From assembly GCA_019248075.1 (NCBI GenBank), contig JAEHHG010000001.1, positions 9,294 through 73,293 of the forward strand: DNA of 64,000 nucleotides. Direction: 5' to 3'. The number at the start of each line of letters is the position of its first letter. Within the stretch, counting starts at the first letter, position 1. The position numbers and the translations under genes are program-made. The DNA comes from Candidatus Gracilibacteria bacterium S5_H10. Its GTDB lineage: Bacteria; Patescibacteriota; Gracilibacteria; Absconditabacterales; Absconditicoccaceae. The notes beneath the pieces were generated by a model. It had not been told where the DNA came from. It saw only the letters and a program-made list of their open reading frames with translations, and searched no databases. Positions 60,026 to 64,000 of this stretch are shown one piece after another.

Positions 60026-60523
60026 CTATTGAGAAGATATATCAATATTTCTGAATTTCATTACGCTTCATTTCACAATATCATTTTTACTTGCCATTCC
60101 TGCAGCGATTTCCAAAACGTATGTTGATCATGTTTGTGGAGTATATATAGTACAAGGATCTGTTATGCAAGGCTGTGCATTTACTACTTGGACCACAGTA
60201 AAATTATCATCAATCCATACAATATCCAAAGGAATGAGTGTGTTTTTCATCCAGAAACTATGAAGTTCTGCTCCTGAAAAGACAAATAACATACCATATT
60301 CTTCATCCAAAGTTTCACGGAACATAAGTCATTGTTGTCTTTCCGCTGGCGTACGAGCCAATTCTACCGTAAAACATGATGTTTCACTGCATACTTTTGG
60401 TGTGATTGTATTTATTTCGTAAAAATAATTATTTACGATAATATACAAAATAAATACGAACGGAAGGTAAATCACGATCCATATCCAGGGATTTCTTTTA
60501 AAAAAATTTCATTTGTTTTTCAT
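60026..60523 (-). CDS. DUF192-domain protein
   Basis: TM anchor; ELARTPAERQQGLMFRETLDEEYGMLFVF....SFWMKNTLIPLDIVWID....YVLEIAAG. Confidence 0.75.
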
Positions 60524-60626
60524 ATTCAATTAGGTATATACGTTAAACGGTTACAAGAGACAAATTAGTATCTTTGTTTCTTACTATTTTTTATCTTCTA
60601 TTTTTTATCTTCTATCTTTTTTCATT

Positions 60627-61256
60627 ATGAAACGCTTATTAAAATATCTTGTTATTGTTTTTGTTGCGCTTATCTGTGTATATGGTTTTTGGCTACGGTT
60701 GCAATATAAATGAGCTACTGTCATCAAAAAGACCACTTCATCTATCATGACTGAGTTAGCAAAAGTAGAAAAACTTGAAACAGTTACTAAAACATTCACG
60801 ACAACTATAGAAGGAGAACAAAATCTTTCTTATCTGATTCCTGACATTGGTGCAGACGAAATCATCAGCAGTGCATTATTCAGAGATACACTTTCATTGG
60901 ACGTAGAATGAATAGTAAACGCAGGATATATTATCGCTAATCTGACTACCTGAGATATTGTCGTCTCTCGTGATGGAACGGTTAGTATTACACTCGGAGA
61001 ACCTGAAATATTTTGAGTCACGCTTACCGGAACAAGTAAAGCAGTAAAACTCGGTATAACAACACAAAATGAAATAGACATGGAAAATATGTTAAGAGAA
61101 AAGGCTCGTGATCTCATTTGGCAAGAAGCGCTCAGCGGAGATATCCTCAAAGAAGCAAAAAACAATGCGCAAAACGTTCTACAAACACTATTACTCAATG
61201 CTAATATCCAAATCAAAGAGGTAATTATCAAAGGAACAGGCGATTTACAACAATAA
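60627..61256 (+). CDS. DUF4230-like membrane-anchored protein
   Basis: TM anchor followed by the pattern KVEKLETVTKTFTTTIEGEQ...VNAGYIIANLT... Confidence 0.55.
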
Positions 61257-61419
61257 GTCTATTTTCATTTGAAATTAGTATCTGGATTCGTATATAATAG
61301 ACCGCACATTTTTTGTGTATTGCTCAATTATTTGATTATAGATCAAAAAATAATGGAGTCAAAAAAACAGTTATTATATCAACAATCCCCTTATTTTTAA
61401 TCATTTAAGCATAATAAAA

Positions 61420-62070
61420 ATGCCAAGAAGAAAAGTAGAAAACAAGACAATAGAAGTCATCCTTTTACAAAACGACAAACATCTCGGAGAAAAATTTGAG
61501 ATTGTAAGAGTAAAGCCTATTTTTGCTAGAAATATTTTGTTACCACAAAATATCGCTGTTTTAGCTGATCCTGACAACAAAAATAAATTTGCTCAAAAAA
61601 TGGCAGCAGCAGAAACTGATAGACAAAAGAAAGCTTCTGGTCTAGAAGATCTTTTTGCTAAGCTTAATGCTGATGGAGGTATTGTCCTTGTCAGAAAAGC
61701 TAACGCTGATGGAACATTGTACGCAAAAGTAGATGAAAACGATATCGTAGCAAAAATCAAAGAAACATATACTGTTGCTTTAGAACCTCATTACTTAAAA
61801 CTCAAAAAGAAAATAACTGCTCTTGGAAACTTTACTATACCATTCTTATATAAAGAACTCAAAAAAGATATTGCAATAAAAGTAGAACAAGATCCTGAAG
61901 AAGCAGAAAAGATAGCTAAGCACAAGAATGCAAAGATTGCTAAAGCAACTCCAGATGAAGAAGTAAAAGTAAAGAAAACAAGAGAAGAAGTTATGGCTGA
62001 AAAAGAAGCTGCAAGATTAGCTAAGAGAGAAGAAACAATCAAGAGACTCAAAGAAAAGTTTAAGGATTAA
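61420..62070 (+). CDS. rplI: 50S ribosomal protein L9 with a Lys/Glu-rich C-terminal extension
   Basis: IEVILLQNDKHLGEKFEIVRVKPIFARNILLPQNIAV. Confidence 0.9.
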   Translation: MPRRKVENKTIEVILLQNDKHLGEKFEIVRVKPIFARNILLPQNIAVLADPDNKNKFAQKMAAAETDRQKKASGLEDLFAKLNADGGIVLVRKANADGTLYAKVDENDIVAKIKETYTVALEPHYLKLKKKITALGNFTIPFLYKELKKDIAIKVEQDPEEAEKIAKHKNAKIAKATPDEEVKVKKTREEVMAEKEAARLAKREETIKRLKEKFKD

Positions 62071-62193
62071 ACTTTTCGATAAAATGATAAATGGCCTTTT
62101 GCCGATAAAATGATAAAATTTATCGCGAAGCATTTATCGACAAAGTCATATTGAAGCATAACCATGCTTATCATATCCCGCAATCCTGCGGGA

Positions 62194-62222
62194 TAAAAAA
62201 ACTCGCCTAGGCGAGTTTTTTT
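62194..62222 (+). terminator. rho-independent terminator
   Basis: actcgcc-ta-ggcgagt followed by T7. Confidence 0.75.
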
Positions 62223-62285
62223 ATTACCAGTGGACTTCGGGACCGAATTTCCTATAAAACTACTATTTATTTGTCATGAAAAAAT

Positions 62286-63842
62286 ATGCTATTTGAATTG
62301 CAGTCCAACTATAAACCAGCCGGAGATCAAATCAAAGCGATTGAGGAGATCAAGAAGCTTTTTGAAAGTGGAAAAAATAAGGCTACCTTGCTCTGAGCTA
62401 CGGGTACGGGAAAGACCTTTACCATGGCGAATATGATCCAGCATCTTCAGAAACCGACGCTTATCATTTCCCACAATAAGACCTTGGCTGCACAGCTTGC
62501 GACAGAATTCAAATATTTTTTTCCTAACAATGCTGTACATTATTTCGTTTCGTACTTTGATTACTATCAGCCAGAAAGCTATCTTCCTACGCAGTGAGTA
62601 TATATAGAAAAAGAAGCTACTATTAATCAGGAAATAGAGATGTATAGACTTGCAACCATGGCTTCGCTCTTGAGTAGAAACGATGTAATTGTTGTTGCAT
62701 CAGCTTCATCACTCTACGGTCTGGGACAAAAAAGATTTTTCCAAGAAAACTGTCTGCAATTTGAAGTAGGGAAGCAATATGATTTTAAAGCACTCAAAAA
62801 GCAACTCCTCCATATGCAATATAAACCTATTGTTGCCAAGATAGAACATGGAATGTTTGAATTCAAATGAGATATTCTGGATATATTTTCCAGTACAGAA
62901 AAATTTGTATACAGATTACATTTCAACGAAGAAATACTTGAATTGATCGAATTCAAAGATTCATTGACCTTTGAACACAAAGAAAATAAAAATAAAGTTA
63001 CCCTTTGGCCAGCAACACAATTTTTGCAAGACGTCTCTGATATAGATACTATCTTGGAACAAATGAACGCTGAAAAAGAGCTCAGAGTAAAAGAGTTTGA
63101 AAAACAATGAATGTTGGTAGAAGCCGAAAGAATCAAGAAAAGAGTGGAATATGATATCAGAATGATCAAGGAAACAGGATTCGTTAATGGTATCGAGAAC
63201 TACTCTCTCTACTTTGATAATAGACTTCCTGGTGAACCACCTAACACGATTTTCGATTATTTCCCCGATGATTTCTTATTGATCGTCGATGAATCACATA
63301 TGACATTACCACAGCTCAGAGCTATGCCTGGAGGTGATAGATCAAGAAAAGCAAATCTGATAAAATACGGTTTCAGACTCCCTTCAGCGGTCGATCATAG
63401 ACCATTGAGATTCGAAGAATTGGAAGGAATTTTGGGACGAAAGGATTTGAAAGATATAGAATTGGATCAAGCGTTTGATATCAGTTCAAATGTGTCGAAT
63501 ACGCACGTAGAAATTTTCAATGCGTATAAAAAAATGAAAACAGCGCGTGGAGAAAATCAGTTAATCACGTTGGTAAAAAAACATAAAAAAGATACCAAAT
63601 CTATCTTTCTCTCAGCGACTCCCGCTGAATACGAATTGAAATTATCCGACAAAATAGTCGAGCAAATCATCAGACCGACAGGACTTTTGGATCCAATCAC
63701 CTATGTATATCCAAAGTCTGGAGATTACGATTCACTGATTTTAAGTATGGAAACCTTGATGAAGAAAAAACCACATCTGAAAGAATTTATGGATGGTTAT
63801 AGCCTAAAAGATGGTGTGGAAGAGGTTTTTAGCAATGAGTAA
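62286..63842 (+). CDS. uvrB: excinuclease ABC subunit B, N-terminal two-thirds only; it ends at TAA 63840, before the helicase C-terminal domain
   Basis: [11 protein letters not shown]...[15 protein letters not shown]...[11 protein letters not shown]...[37 protein letters not shown]...[10 protein letters not shown]...[10 protein letters not shown]. Confidence 0.85.
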
Positions 63843-63869
63843 TTTTATATCTTATTATCTGGCAAGTAT

Positions 63870-64000
63870 ATGATCAACAATATCGATATACCATCACCTG
63901 AAGAAAAAAACCAGAAGCTCAATATTGCCGATATTGAACTTTCTGCCGTTCTTGATACGGATGAATCATATGATATGGCGCTCAAAAACATCGACAAAGT
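63870..64000 (+). CDS. start of an ORF of unknown function, in the same frame as uvrB; runs off the window
   Basis: ATG at 63870; MINNIDIPSPEEKNQKLNIADIELSAVLDTDESYDMALKNIDK; not UvrB-like. Confidence 0.25.
   Translation, partial: MINNIDIPSPEEKNQKLNIADIELSAVLDTDESYDMALKNIDK

Overview
AT-rich bacterial chromosomal segment (composition judged by eye, not computed). It only reads as intact genes under a non-standard code. In-frame UGA sits at conserved Gly positions in essentially every housekeeping gene, as in translation table 25 of the SR1/Absconditabacteria-Gracilibacteria candidate phyla. CGA and CGG also sit at invariant Trp positions, while CGU, AGA and AGG stay at Arg positions. The standard-code ORF track therefore fragments nearly every gene, so I rebuilt the genes by reading through UGA. 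All coordinates were counted by hand and may be off by a few nt. About 60 CDSs result. Housekeeping genes: gyrA, htrA-like, ftsX, secE-nusG-(extra gene)-rplK-rplA, ruvC, map, dut, rsmI, lepA, ruvA, rpoD, gyrB, an Elp3-like radical-SAM/GNAT enzyme, Fe-SOD, yraN, an S41 protease, an ECF sigma factor, hup, metG, cysS, a LysA-like decarboxylase, murF, rnpA, rplI and an interrupted uvrB. There are also transporters and small hypothetical proteins. No rRNA, tRNA or CRISPR array was recognised. The main candidate for a new system is 48288..56716. It holds four ATP-grasp amino-acid ligase domains, two DUF1704/QEGLA (MATCAP-like) metallo-carboxypeptidase domains, and a 7TM membrane protein whose encoded C-terminus is EEEEE. 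I interpret it as a peptide-tail or poly-amino-acid ligation and trimming system. Other notable points: two families of GC-rich palindromic miniature repeats, with one copy inserted in frame in an HhH-GPD glycosylase gene and one MITE-like copy supplying the stop codons of two convergent genes; a foreign-looking lipoprotein gene without any UGA; a GHMP-kinase/OmpR-type winged-helix fusion; a homopolymer frameshift; and structured intergenic RNAs.
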